A DNA stretch of 60,943 nucleotides, the filler included. It is 8 parts of 8 records of this genome, joined end to end, with 100 filler letters (N's around TTAATTAATTAA, not from the genome) between each part and the next. Parts side by side here need not be neighbours in the genome. Positions count along the whole stretch, not along the records: positions 23,251 to 30,306 come from SRR31147125_36421; positions 30,407 to 35,417 come from SRR31147125_36447; positions 35,518 to 48,551 come from SRR31147125_36483; 5 more parts are not named here. One strand, 5' to 3'. The position numbers and the translations under genes were made by a program. The notes under the pieces are model-generated. The model had not been told where the DNA came from. It ran no database searches and worked only from the letters and a program-made list of their open reading frames with translations. This document shows, piece by piece, positions 28,747 through 38,896 of the stretch. How positions within the stretch are numbered: position 1 is the stretch's first letter; every line of letters begins with the position of its first letter.

Positions 28747-30084
28747 CTAGAAGAGGTCGCCGTAGAAATCGATTAGCTGACTTGATTCCGTTAACCAAGC
28801 CGGATCTAAAAAGCCAACCATTTCATCAGGAGGATATAAGACAATTCTGTCAAAGCTGGTTTTCATTTGGTACATTACATTTTCTAAATCACCGATAATA
28901 GAACCAAGCTCCGAAGGCTTAATTTCAAAAAAGCATAGTCCCTTCTCTACAAAACCATTACCATAGTGCCAATCTTGAACATAAATCTTATCACCTTTTA
29001 TGTATATCCGCGCCCCATCCAATTCAGCAATGACAATATCTTTGTAAGCTGTAAATTCTATTGCATCATAGATGGGATGCGGGGTTTTATGAACTTTAAA
29101 AATCCTTTTACCCCCTACCTTTTTTGAAGTAATTTTTGAAGCATTTTTAATTGTCACTTTTTTACCTGCTTTCAGTGATGATGCATCAATAAAAATGGCT
29201 TCTTTTCTCGAACTAAAAGTATACTCAAAGGTATTCGTGCCTAACTCTGTAGCCCAAGTCTCAACTGGTTTTATTTTTGCACCTTTTGCTGCTTTAACTT
29301 TTGAATTAACCTGCTTTTTAGGAGGCTGCTTTGCGTGTGCTTTTCTGGGCTCTAAAAAACTATTAGACTTACCTATCCTTCGTGCAATATGAAAACCTGC
29401 TGGTCCAAGTATCATTGCGTATTTAAGACCCTCAGAAAGAAGACTTTCTGGCTCTGAAAAATATGGGATATTCATACCCAACTTATCATTCATCAGATAA
29501 TTCGGAGCATGAAATGTAGCAATATCTACAACTGGATAGAAAAGTTGATTTGCAACATCCATTAAACGAACAACTGGATCGAGAGGGTTGTTAATATGTT
29601 TTCCCATGCTTGCCCACGCTGCAGAACCTTGTGCCTCTCCAAATTTGGCAGTAGCGCCAACAAGATGTAGGGCTATATGTTCTGGAAAAGCTAAAAACGA
29701 AAAGCCAATTTCTGGAACAACTTCTGCGAATTCACTGGCAAAAGCCAAGGCATCATCGGCAATATAATCAAGAACCGGAATACCCAAAACATTGGGCAAT
29801 GCTATATTATTTGTATAATTACCCAAGGACGCCCACTTCCACCCAACCTCCTTGGAATTCAAATTTGAATGACAAAGGACACTTCCATTCGGCAAAAAGC
29901 TACTATCGTTTGCAATAAGCTGACAGAATCTTCCTTTTGGTATTTCAAGGGGTCTATTCTCTCCTAGAACAAACGAACAATCCTTATCACCTTGAGAAAT
30001 TTCAAATTTAACCTTATCAGGATCCCATCTAAAGAAATCCTCAGCTGTTCTTCTTTTTGCCATATCTGTTTTTAAAATGGTCAT
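28747..30084 (-). CDS. Hypothetical protein (445 aa), no recognisable domain
   Basis: Long ORF with AAGGAG RBS; central Lys-rich linker. Confidence 0.75.
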   Translation of the reverse strand: MTILKTDMAKRRTAEDFFRWDPDKVKFEISQGDKDCSFVLGENRPLEIPKGRFCQLIANDSSFLPNGSVLCHSNLNSKEVGWKWASLGNYTNNIALPNVLGIPVLDYIADDALAFASEFAEVVPEIGFSFLAFPEHIALHLVGATAKFGEAQGSAAWASMGKHINNPLDPVVRLMDVANQLFYPVVDIATFHAPNYLMNDKLGMNIPYFSEPESLLSEGLKYAMILGPAGFHIARRIGKSNSFLEPRKAHAKQPPKKQVNSKVKAAKGAKIKPVETWATELGTNTFEYTFSSRKEAIFIDASSLKAGKKVTIKNASKITSKKVGGKRIFKVHKTPHPIYDAIEFTAYKDIVIAELDGARIYIKGDKIYVQDWHYGNGFVEKGLCFFEIKPSELGSIIGDLENVMYQMKTSFDRIVLYPPDEMVGFLDPAWLTESSQLIDFYGDLF

Positions 30085-30150
30085 ACAATCTCCTTTTTGA
30101 ATTTATATATATTATTTATCGAAGCATTGCCCAGCTATGTTGCGTCCTTT

Positions 30151-30259
30151 TATGGATAATTTATACACACTATTTAGCCAAAAAAGCATTCAGTGCAGCA
30201 CTTGCCATAATTCCTGATAAAGGAGAAACAAATATCTGTGGGTGATATTTTGTGGATAA
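30151..30259. promoter_or_regulatory. Cluster of DnaA boxes
   Basis: TATGGATAA (30151, 1 mismatch), TTATACACA (30161), TGTGGATAA (30251, perfect); an AT-rich tract follows. Confidence 0.55.
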
Positions 30260-30306
30260 TTTATAATTAATCTATCTTATATTTATCGTAAGGCGCCTTG
30301 TTAATT

Positions 30307-30406
30307 NNNNNNNNNNNNNNNNNNNNNNNNNNNNNNNNNNNNNNNNNNNNTTAATTAATTAANNNNNNNNNNNNNNNNNNNNNNNNNNNNNNNNNNNNNN
30401 NNNNNN
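30307..30406. other. Artificial contig spacer 5
   Basis: N44-TTAATTAATTAA-N44. Confidence 0.99.
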
Positions 30407-30831
30407 TTTTTATTAAGCTGTATTCCATTATCGCTTAAAGCTTTTAGCGCAAACAAAGATGCAATAGCAGGACCTTTATTGTCAATAGCACCTCTGCCAT
30501 ATATTTTCCCATCCTCAATTGTTCCGTCAAAAGGCGGATATGTCCAGCCATCGCCAGCTGGTACCACGTCTATATGAGTAAGAACAGCAATAATGTCATC
30601 GCCCTCACCATAATCGATATATCCCAATTGACCAAATAGATTTACACACTCCAAATCCATATCCTCTGCTGTTGCCATAAGAAACATCAACGCATCAAAT
30701 ATTCCTTTACCATAAGGTCTATTTGCTTCTGGCTCACTTTTAACGCTTTCTACTTTCAAAAAAGAAACAAGAACATCTATCATATCCTGTCTGTACTCAC
30801 TCATAGTGATAATATTATTCATCTTTTCCAA
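30407..30831 (-). CDS. pepV: M20 family dipeptidase (PepV-like), 3' truncated
   Basis: HIDVVPAGDGW, YGRGAIDNKGP, PYGKG. Confidence 0.8.
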
Positions 30832-31066
30832 CCTCTCTTAAACAATTAACTATAATTATACAAAATATTTTTAAATATTTCTACAATATTATGAAAATTC
30901 AATGTATAAAGTATTCACTTTAACAGAATCTTACTGTATAATTATATGGAAATATTCATAAAAGTGCTAATTATTTGAAAATAAATGTAATTTTATCAAA
31001 TATGCTTATATTGATATCTCAAAAAAGTCATAACTAACAATTATTATTATACATCAAGGAATTATT

Positions 31067-31879
31067 ATGCACGAAAATCATAGAAACAGATTAAAACAAA
31101 GATATATCAACGAAGGCTTAAGCGGCTTCCAAGAGCACGAAATTATAGAACTTATGCTATTTTATTCAATACCTCGAAAAGATACAAATGCAACAGCTCA
31201 CACTCTCATCAAAGAATTCGGCTCACTTGCCAATATATTTGATGCTGATATTGAGGATCTTGTTAAAGTTAAAGGCATTGGCTACAATTCTGCTATTTTC
31301 ATAAAGCTCTTTATAGATATTATGAGAAGGTATCGTACAGATAAAATTAAAAAAGGTACAAAGCTTTTAAATTCGTATACAGCTTCTGAGTACGCGTGTG
31401 AACTTATGTTTTCTGTCAAAAACGAAGAAATATGGGTAATATGTTTAAATATGAAGTCCGAAATAATTGCAAAGGAAAGAATATGCGAAGGCACACTAAC
31501 AGAATCTCCAATTTATCCGCGAAAAATAGTTTCTGTTGCACTTAAGCATAACTCTGCGAAAATCATCATTATACACAACCATCCTGGAGGCTCCGTAAGA
31601 CCTTCTACAGAGGATTTGTTAGCTACATCGACTATCATCAAACTGCTAAAGGGTTTGGATATAGATTTAGTAGACCATATCATAACAAGCGATAACATTG
31701 TATATTCTTTTTCTGCTTCAAAAAAGATGGATTTAAATATAGAGATGGACAAAGAAGCAGCTTATGCTTGTCAATATGAAGATGGTTTTTTGGACGAAGA
31801 CAAAGGAAAAGATATTGTATTTAAACAAGTTTCGCGAAGAAAGAAAATCAAATTGCTCCAAACATATACTAAAGAATAA
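31067..31879 (+). CDS. radC: RadC family JAB-domain protein
   Basis: HRNRLKQR, PRKDTN, HhH, HNHPGG...S..D, DHII. Confidence 0.93.
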   Translation: MHENHRNRLKQRYINEGLSGFQEHEIIELMLFYSIPRKDTNATAHTLIKEFGSLANIFDADIEDLVKVKGIGYNSAIFIKLFIDIMRRYRTDKIKKGTKLLNSYTASEYACELMFSVKNEEIWVICLNMKSEIIAKERICEGTLTESPIYPRKIVSVALKHNSAKIIIIHNHPGGSVRPSTEDLLATSTIIKLLKGLDIDLVDHIITSDNIVYSFSASKKMDLNIEMDKEAAYACQYEDGFLDEDKGKDIVFKQVSRRKKIKLLQTYTKE

Positions 31880-31899
31880 GTTTGAAGCAATATATTCTA

Positions 31900-33045
31900 C
31901 TAATTAAAAAGCCACGAATTAAAATACTTCGAAACCATCAGCGAAAATGTTCTCTCCTTCACCTCGGTACCGCATATTAAGTCGACATCAGCAATTGTTT
32001 TACCATCTAATTCTACCGATATCTTTCCGCACTTTTGTCCCTTAGTTAACGGTGCCTCAATATCTTCAAATATTTCAACTATGGTTTTCAAACTCTTTTC
32101 ATTACCCTTTTCAAAGGTAACATTTAAATCTTGGCTGGCATATAAGTTAATTTTGTTTTTTTCGCCGTTTTTAATTTCAACATTTTTCTTAACTATTTGG
32201 TTTTTCTTAACTATTCTTTTGGATGTAAAAGTATTATATCCATAATCAAACATTCTCGAACAATTAGAAAATCTTTCTTTGCTATTCTCTTCACCTAAAG
32301 AAACGTATATAAATCTACTGTTTCCTTTTTTTGCAGTAGCAGCAAGGCAATACCCAGATTCTGAGGACGATCCTGTAGTTATACCATCAGAACCATCATA
32401 AAAGCGTATCATCCTATTTGCATTTATCATCTCGGTTATTTCACCATCAGGGTGTACGAATTCATCAATATAAATACTACTATATTTAAAGAATAAATCA
32501 TACTCTAATAATTTTTTTGCAAGCAAAGCCATATCTTTGGCCGTAGTAACCTGGTTTTCATCATATATACCTGTAACATTCGTAAAATTAGTGTTTTTAA
32601 GCCCCAACTCTTTTGCTCTTTCATTCATTTTTTTAATAAACACTTCATTGTCAATGCTTATTCTTTCGCAAAGCGCATAAATCGAATCATTTGCAGATGC
32701 TATTACTACAGATTTAATCAGCTCATCTACTTTATATGATTTATTAGCCCTTAAAAAAACTTGCGTGCCACCCATGTTTGCTGCCTTATGGCTTACTGTA
32801 ATTTGTTCCTCAATATCCAAAACACCTTTTTCTATTTCTTCAAAAATAATCAGCAACGACATCATTCTCGTAAGCCCAGTAACTGACGTTACCTTTTCAC
32901 AGTTATTTTCTAGTAATATTTTTGACGAATCACAATCCATCAATATAAATATTCTACTGTCATCACAAGTTTGTGTGTTTTCTGCGGCGTAAGCTACACA
33001 CGGCATAAAAATTATTACCAATAATATTAATATTTTTTTAAACAA
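31900..33045 (-). CDS. D-alanyl-D-alanine carboxypeptidase (S11, DacF-like) homolog with degenerate catalytic motifs
   Basis: MGGTQVFL, SAND, MNERAKELGLKNTNF, PBP5_C domain; SxxK reads GLTR and KTG reads TTG. Confidence 0.85.
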   Translation of the reverse strand: MFKKILILLVIIFMPCVAYAAENTQTCDDSRIFILMDCDSSKILLENNCEKVTSVTGLTRMMSLLIIFEEIEKGVLDIEEQITVSHKAANMGGTQVFLRANKSYKVDELIKSVVIASANDSIYALCERISIDNEVFIKKMNERAKELGLKNTNFTNVTGIYDENQVTTAKDMALLAKKLLEYDLFFKYSSIYIDEFVHPDGEITEMINANRMIRFYDGSDGITTGSSSESGYCLAATAKKGNSRFIYVSLGEENSKERFSNCSRMFDYGYNTFTSKRIVKKNQIVKKNVEIKNGEKNKINLYASQDLNVTFEKGNEKSLKTIVEIFEDIEAPLTKGQKCGKISVELDGKTIADVDLICGTEVKERTFSLMVSKYFNSWLFN

Positions 33046-33133
33046 AATGTTCGCCTCCTTAATACTTTTATTGTCTGATTAAAAGAATCAAGTTATGCGA
33101 ACATTGTCAAAATTACATAAATAAGATTTGTTG

Positions 33134-33949
33134 TTAATTATTTGATAAATATAAATCTAACACTCTTTGTACATTTTTATTATGAGTATTTGCGGCTTCT
33201 AAAACCTCTTCATGATTCAGTGCAACATTTTTCATCCCTGCCGCCATGTTTGTAATAGAAGAAATTGCAGCACATTTGATTTTTGCATGAGCACATGCAA
33301 TTACCTCTGGAACAGTAGACATACCTACAGCATCACCGCCAATAATTCTAGTCATTTTAATTTCTGCAGGCGTTTCAAATGTTGGTCCTTTAAATAAGCA
33401 ATATACACCTTTATGTGCTCTTACATCAAGCTCTTTAGCACAATTATATAAGCTTTCTACAATTTCACGGTCATAAGCAAAAGTCATGTCAACAAATCGT
33501 TCACCAAACTCATCAAGGTTTTTACCGATTAATGGGTTCAAGTTTGGAATATTAATATGATCGTTTATTATCATAATATCGCCAACTCTAAAGTTCTCGT
33601 TAACTCCACCAGCCGCATTAGTAAATAGTGCGCTTTTTATTCCAAGCTTAATTAGCGCTCTTAAAGGTATTACAACCTCACCTGCACTATAACCTTCGTA
33701 GCAATGGAATCTCCCTTGCATCACCACAATATTTTTACCATGCTTTTTGCCAAAAACCAAATTCCCACTATGTCCTTCAACTGTAGGTAGTGGAAACCCT
33801 TCAATTTCAGAATACGGTACTACCGTTTTGTCCTCAAATGAATCTGCATAAAAGCCAAGACCAGAACCCAAAACGATCAACATCTCTGGTGTTGGTAAAT
33901 TATAAGATTTCAAACATTCGTATGCTTTATTTATTCTTTCTCTTTCCAT
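33134..33949 (-). CDS. punA: Purine nucleoside phosphorylase (trimeric type)
   Basis: VLGSGLG, QGRFHCYEG, TNAAGG, GPTFETPAE, VGMSTVPE. Confidence 0.95.
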   Translation of the reverse strand: MERERINKAYECLKSYNLPTPEMLIVLGSGLGFYADSFEDKTVVPYSEIEGFPLPTVEGHSGNLVFGKKHGKNIVVMQGRFHCYEGYSAGEVVIPLRALIKLGIKSALFTNAAGGVNENFRVGDIMIINDHINIPNLNPLIGKNLDEFGERFVDMTFAYDREIVESLYNCAKELDVRAHKGVYCLFKGPTFETPAEIKMTRIIGGDAVGMSTVPEVIACAHAKIKCAAISSITNMAAGMKNVALNHEEVLEAANTHNKNVQRVLDLYLSNN

Positions 33950-33951
33950 TA

Positions 33952-35133
33952 TTACTCCCCTTTGTATAATATAATATCGTCTAGAAACGAAATTCCTTCA
34001 ACTTTACAGTCTATATCTAAATATTGCGCTATAGTTTTTGCAATATCCGCAAAACTTTCCCTTGTCCCAAAGTTATTATTTTCTTTAATATTTTGTCCAT
34101 ATACTAAAATCGGAATATGTTCTCTTGAATGATCCGTACTCTCAGTCGTCGGATCACATCCATGGTCGGCTGTTAACATCAATATATCATCCTTTTTTAA
34201 GTTATCCCATATTTCGGGTAATCTTTCATCAAAGTACGATAGTGCTTTTGCATAGCCATCCACATCGTTTCTATGACCATAGAGCATATCAAAATCCACT
34301 AAATTAGTGAATATCAAACCATCAAAGTCCATCTTCATAGCTTTTAGCGTTGCTTCAATACCATCTTTATTGTTTCTACTATGTTCAATATCAGTGATAC
34401 CCTTACCACTAAAGATATCCTCAATTTTACCAATAGCATAAACTTTTTGCCCAGCTTCTTTAATATAATCTAAAATAGTTTTTTTGGGAGGAGAAACAGA
34501 ATAGTCTTTTCTTCTTTCCGTTCTAACAAAGTTACCATCTTGTCCTACAAAAGGTCTTGCAATAACTCTTCCCACCAAATTGTCTCCAACTAGTATTTCC
34601 CGTGCAATTTGGCAAATCTCATATTGCCTTTCGATAGGAATTACATCTTCATGACAAGCAATTTGAAACACACTGTCTGCGGATGTATACACTATAGGAT
34701 ATCCTGTTTCGACATGTTGTTTTCCAAGTTCATTTATAATAATTGTGCCAGAAGCAGGGTAATTACCAAGTGTTTTGGTCCCTATTTTTTCTTCAAACTC
34801 GGTCATGATATCTTTAGGAAAGCCTTCAGGATAGGTTTTAAATGGCTTTTCTAAAACAAGCCCAGAAATCTCCCAGTGTCCACCAGTAGTATCTTTTCCA
34901 AAAAACTTTTCTTTTGCTTTGGCATAACTCCCAACAATATTATTTACTCCAAATTCTGATGGTATGCCGTCTATGTTTCCAAGCCCCATACATAGTAAAT
35001 TAGGTATATTTAATGCATCAGAATTCTTTGCAATATTTACAAATGTATTAGAACCCTTATCACCAAAAAGATGAGCATCTTCTAGCTCACCAACACCAAA
35101 ACTATCTAAAACAATCAATACAACTCTGCCCAT
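33952..35133 (-). CDS. deoB: Phosphopentomutase
   Basis: [46 protein letters not shown]. Confidence 0.96.
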   Translation of the reverse strand: MGRVVLIVLDSFGVGELEDAHLFGDKGSNTFVNIAKNSDALNIPNLLCMGLGNIDGIPSEFGVNNIVGSYAKAKEKFFGKDTTGGHWEISGLVLEKPFKTYPEGFPKDIMTEFEEKIGTKTLGNYPASGTIIINELGKQHVETGYPIVYTSADSVFQIACHEDVIPIERQYEICQIAREILVGDNLVGRVIARPFVGQDGNFVRTERRKDYSVSPPKKTILDYIKEAGQKVYAIGKIEDIFSGKGITDIEHSRNNKDGIEATLKAMKMDFDGLIFTNLVDFDMLYGHRNDVDGYAKALSYFDERLPEIWDNLKKDDILMLTADHGCDPTTESTDHSREHIPILVYGQNIKENNNFGTRESFADIAKTIAQYLDIDCKVEGISFLDDIILYKGE

Positions 35134-35160
35134 AATTGACACTCTCCAATACTAAATAAA

Positions 35161-35417
35161 TTATGTCAATATCCACACCACAACAAACGAATCCCACAAA
35201 CACGCTAACAATAATGGAAAAACACATTTTAGCTGACAAAAGCAGTATAAACGAATGTTCATTGTTGGATTATCATAATTTATAATACTGTTTGAAATAA
35301 AAGATTTTGTAAAAGAATAGCTTACAGCTTTACATACACACCTAATCAATACAAATACAAAGATTAGAAGCGATGGTAATAAAATTGATATAACTTTAAC
35401 TGAATTTAAAAAGCTAA
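35161..35417 (-). CDS. Membrane protein C-terminal fragment, possibly SpoIIM
   Basis: Hydrophobic ORF open to the contig end (LLPSLLIF...LLLACLWDSFV); upstream of deoB-punA-dacF as in Firmicutes. Confidence 0.45.
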
Positions 35418-35517
35418 NNNNNNNNNNNNNNNNNNNNNNNNNNNNNNNNNNNNNNNNNNNNTTAATTAATTAANNNNNNNNNNNNNNNNNNNNNNNNNNN
35501 NNNNNNNNNNNNNNNNN
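35418..35517. other. Artificial contig spacer 6
   Basis: N44-TTAATTAATTAA-N44. Confidence 0.99.
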
Positions 35518-35595
35518 TTTTATATAATCATCACAAGCTTCTTTATAGTATTTTGTTTTAATTTTACCTACAGATATAATCGCAATTTTAGCCAA
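35518..35595 (-). CDS. rlmH: 23S rRNA m3-pseudouridine-1915 methyltransferase, N-terminal fragment
   Basis: TTG start, (M)AKIAIISVGKIKTKYYKEACDDYIK, directly after yycJ. Confidence 0.8.
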
Positions 35596-36390
35596 CTACC
35601 TATCTCCAATTCTATAAAGGTTCGGTTTGCATTTTTTCTGCAAAACCGATAACGCAACATTTTTCCCTACTACAACTCCTTGGTTTTCAAGGTGATCTTT
35701 TGTTGTGCTATATGCTATGCTTTCTGTGTTGTTGTTTTCGCTTAAGTGACCTAACATAATTCCTCTGACGCCAGCGCAAACCAGATCGTATGCCGCGTTG
35801 CTTGCTGCATAATTTGAAAGATGCCCCTTTGTACCAAGAATTCTTTTTAAAAACGAAGGGTACTTTCCATTATTCAGCATCTCTATATCATGGTTAGATT
35901 CCAAAATCACCACATCCGATTTTTCAATTCTTGTTATCATCTTTTTTGTATAATGTCCTAAATCAGTCAATATCGAAAATCTACTTTTATCGTAACTTAT
36001 AGTATAGTTAACTGGGTCTTTCGCATCGTGGGGTATGCAAAATGGCTCAATCATCATATCATTTATCATAAATTCGCCAAAAAACTCACATGTGTTTTTA
36101 AGGCTAATATCGCCAATCTTGCTCTGCATAGCCTGCCAAGTGCAGTTGTTTGCATAAATAGGTATATCATATCTTCTGCTTAGCACCCCTGCTGCTTTTA
36201 TATGATCAACATGTTCATGCGTAATAATTATTCCATCTAAACTATAAGGGTCAATCTTTAGTTGTCCCAGCGAATTTGTAATATTGAGTGCTGTAACACC
36301 AGCATCAATCAATATATTAGCTCCGCCACAGCTTACATATGTCGAATTCCCCTTTGATCCAGAAAAAAGAGGCGCAAACTCAATCGCCAT
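35596..36390 (-). CDS. yycJ: YycJ/WalJ-like MBL-fold hydrolase
   Basis: SGSKGN, THEHVDH, PHDA, TDLG, ESNHD, GHLSN, HLSENNN. Confidence 0.85.
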   Translation of the reverse strand: MAIEFAPLFSGSKGNSTYVSCGGANILIDAGVTALNITNSLGQLKIDPYSLDGIIITHEHVDHIKAAGVLSRRYDIPIYANNCTWQAMQSKIGDISLKNTCEFFGEFMINDMMIEPFCIPHDAKDPVNYTISYDKSRFSILTDLGHYTKKMITRIEKSDVVILESNHDIEMLNNGKYPSFLKRILGTKGHLSNYAASNAAYDLVCAGVRGIMLGHLSENNNTESIAYSTTKDHLENQGVVVGKNVALSVLQKKCKPNLYRIGDR

Positions 36391-37290
36391 ACTCTAAGAC
36401 CTCCTTTTTGGGTTTTAAAACTATCGTGGATATGTATAGTGCCACAACTACCATAACTCCTCCAAGCATCTGTTGCTTAGATAAAAATATATGTAAAGCT
36501 ATAGCACTTATAATAACCGTTATTAAAGGTTCAATGTTTATAAACAGCGTTGTTGTCAAAATCCCCAGCTTGCCTAGAGAATACATATAAAATAGTATTG
36601 CTGTTGCCGAGCAAAAAACTGCTAGGAATACAAAGTTTGCCGTAAAGGTAAAATCTAAAGCTAGTAGTGGCTTTTTGCCAAAAACAACGTAAGGAATTAA
36701 AGTTATTGACGCCATAATCATCTGCCACGTTGTTATGGTTAAAGACGAATACGTATCATGCAATGGTTTTGAGACATAATTATATGTAACCCAAGATATA
36801 ACCGCACCTAACATAAATATATATCCATATACCTTACCAGCAGACTCAACACTTGAAAGATCAGCTCTTATAATAATAAAGACACCAGCAAGAGAAACAA
36901 GAACTCCTACAATCTTAAAAATCGTAAGCTTGTTTTTAATAATAATTCTATCCGCAATTAATGCAAAAATAGGTATTGCCGCAGTAATAATAGCAGCAAT
37001 TGGTGCTGCTATATATTTTAGTGCGGACATCTCACATACAAAATATGCGTTCATTCCAAAAAAACCGCTGATTACAAACCTTAGATAATCTTTTTTTGTA
37101 TTTTTTGCGCTTGCTTGTTTTTATTTGATATCTTCCATACAGTATATAAGACCAATGCCCCAAGCATACATCTAGTACTCGCAAGCACAGTTGGTGTTAT
37201 GTATCTTATACAAATTGTTGCCGAAATATAGCTTATTCCCCAAAAGATAAGTGAAGTTATTATTGTAATATATGGTAAAACCTTTTTCAT
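36380..37290 (-). CDS. DMT/EamA family transporter, split by a -1 frameshift at 37091-37097
   Basis: IFWGISY...; one extra T gives IQKKDYLRFVISGFFGMNAYF and ~303 aa; NIEPL motif. Confidence 0.85.
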
Positions 37291-37346
37291 TTATATGATG
37301 TCCCTTCGCTAAAAAACTAGTAAAATATTCTTTTGTATATAAACCT

Positions 37347-37374
37347 AAAAAAGGGTATTTACAATACCCTTTTT
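37347..37374 (-). terminator. Rho-independent terminator after serA
   Basis: AAAAAAGGGTATT-tac-AATACCCTTTTT. Confidence 0.8.
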
Positions 37375-37401
37375 AAAATAACAGTTTATTATACATTAAA
37401 A

Positions 37402-38571
37402 CTACTTTGCAATCAATCTAACCTTTATAACCCCGTCCACCTCAGAAATACGCTTTACAGTATCTTGGTTTATTAGGCAATCCAAATCAAAGACTGAATA
37501 AGCTATATCGTTTTTAGACTTATTGACCATCTGAGCTATGTTGATATTTTTTTCTGCTAAAACTGCAGTAAATTGACCAACCATGTTAGGAGCGTTATTA
37601 TGAATAATAGTTAATCTACAATGCTGTGTTGGGTTTAAAGGGCAATCTGGCAAGTTTACAGAATTAACGATACTCCCAAACTCAATATAGTCTCTTAGCT
37701 GTCTTGCTGCCATTTTAGCACAATTTTCCTCAGATTCTGGTGTAGATGCACCTAGGTGAGGTATGCAAAGCACATTATCATAATCCAAAAGCTCTTCATT
37801 AGGGAAATCGGTAACATATCTTTTTACCGTTCCATCGTTAAGCCCTTTATATAATGAATCATATTCTATTAAACCGTTTCTCGCAAAATTTAAAATCACC
37901 ATTCCTTTTTTCATCTTAGAAAACTCGTCGCTTCCAAGAATACCTTTTGTTTGATCTATCAAAGGAATATGTAAAGATATATAATCTGTTCTAGCTAAAA
38001 GCTCGTCTAGGTTGTATTCTCTTTCTACAGCAGAAGAAAGCCCCCAAGCTGATTCGATTGAGATATATGGGTCGTACCCAATAACGTCCATGCCAAGTGC
38101 AGCGGCAGAGTTTGCTACCATAACGCCAATAGCACCAAGACCAATAACTCCAAGAGTTTTACCTCTAAGCTCTGGTCCGACGTAGTTTTTCTTTCCTTTT
38201 TCAGCTAGCGACAAAACTTTTTCGCCTTCGCCTTTTAATGTTTTAGCAAAATTAATAGCTTCATACAAATTACGCGATGCCAAAAGCATCCCCGCTATAA
38301 CAAGCTCTTTAACTCCGTTTGCATTTGCCCCTGGTGTATTAAAAACAACAATACCTTGCTTAGCGCATTTTTCAAGCGGTATGTTATTAACGCCAGCACC
38401 AGCTCTTGCAATAGCAAGAACATCCTCGCTAAACGCTTCCTCATGAAGCTTAAAGCTTCTTACAAGTGCAGCATCATAAGTTTTTTCGTCATCCGAAATA
38501 TAAAACTTATCTTGCGGTAAATAATCTTTAATCACATCAGAAACAGGATTAAATGTTTTAATAGTATACAT
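37402..38571 (-). CDS. serA: D-3-phosphoglycerate dehydrogenase (with ACT domain)
   Basis: ARAGAGVNNIP, NTPGANANGVKE, GLGAIG, PHLGASTPESE, C-terminal ACT. Confidence 0.92.
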   Translation of the reverse strand: MYTIKTFNPVSDVIKDYLPQDKFYISDDEKTYDAALVRSFKLHEEAFSEDVLAIARAGAGVNNIPLEKCAKQGIVVFNTPGANANGVKELVIAGMLLASRNLYEAINFAKTLKGEGEKVLSLAEKGKKNYVGPELRGKTLGVIGLGAIGVMVANSAAALGMDVIGYDPYISIESAWGLSSAVEREYNLDELLARTDYISLHIPLIDQTKGILGSDEFSKMKKGMVILNFARNGLIEYDSLYKGLNDGTVKRYVTDFPNEELLDYDNVLCIPHLGASTPESEENCAKMAARQLRDYIEFGSIVNSVNLPDCPLNPTQHCRLTIIHNNAPNMVGQFTAVLAEKNINIAQMVNKSKNDIAYSVFDLDCLINQDTVKRISEVDGVIKVRLIAK

Positions 38572-38896
38572 TTGTTACCCTCCAAATATAAAATTTTAGC
38601 TATATGCTTATTTATATAAAATAGGGGAGTATTATATATAGATAAGCACCACAAGCATCTGTCTTTGATAATATTTTCACAATCAGTATAGTTTATTTTA
38701 TTAAATAATTCAATATCTTTTTTTAATTTTTATTAGTTTTTTTACTTAATTACTAATAAAACAACGTAAATATATCATAGTTTAAGGTTTAATTCAAATG
38801 TACTTATTTTAAGTTTTAGTATGTACTGTATATATTCCTTGTCTTAATTCATACATTAAAATATAATAACAGTATAACAAATTATTATATAGGAGA

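Noticed and set aside
30934..30949. LexA-like box upstream of radC (CTGTATAATTATATGG)
   Set aside because: The right half does not match CAG, and Firmicutes use GAAC-N4-GTTC; more likely a TGTATAAT -10 element.
1958..37097. Four frameshifted genes (1958-1963 G6, 14232-14237 C6, 17937-17941 T5, 37091-37097 T7) as pseudogenes, phase variation or programmed frameshifts
   Set aside because: All are one base short in a homopolymer, in four unrelated contigs, with both halves otherwise intact. This is the signature of homopolymer sequencing error; raw reads would settle it.
38572..38896. Riboswitch or T-box upstream of serA
   Set aside because: AT-rich divergent intergenic region with no T-box or aptamer consensus recognised.
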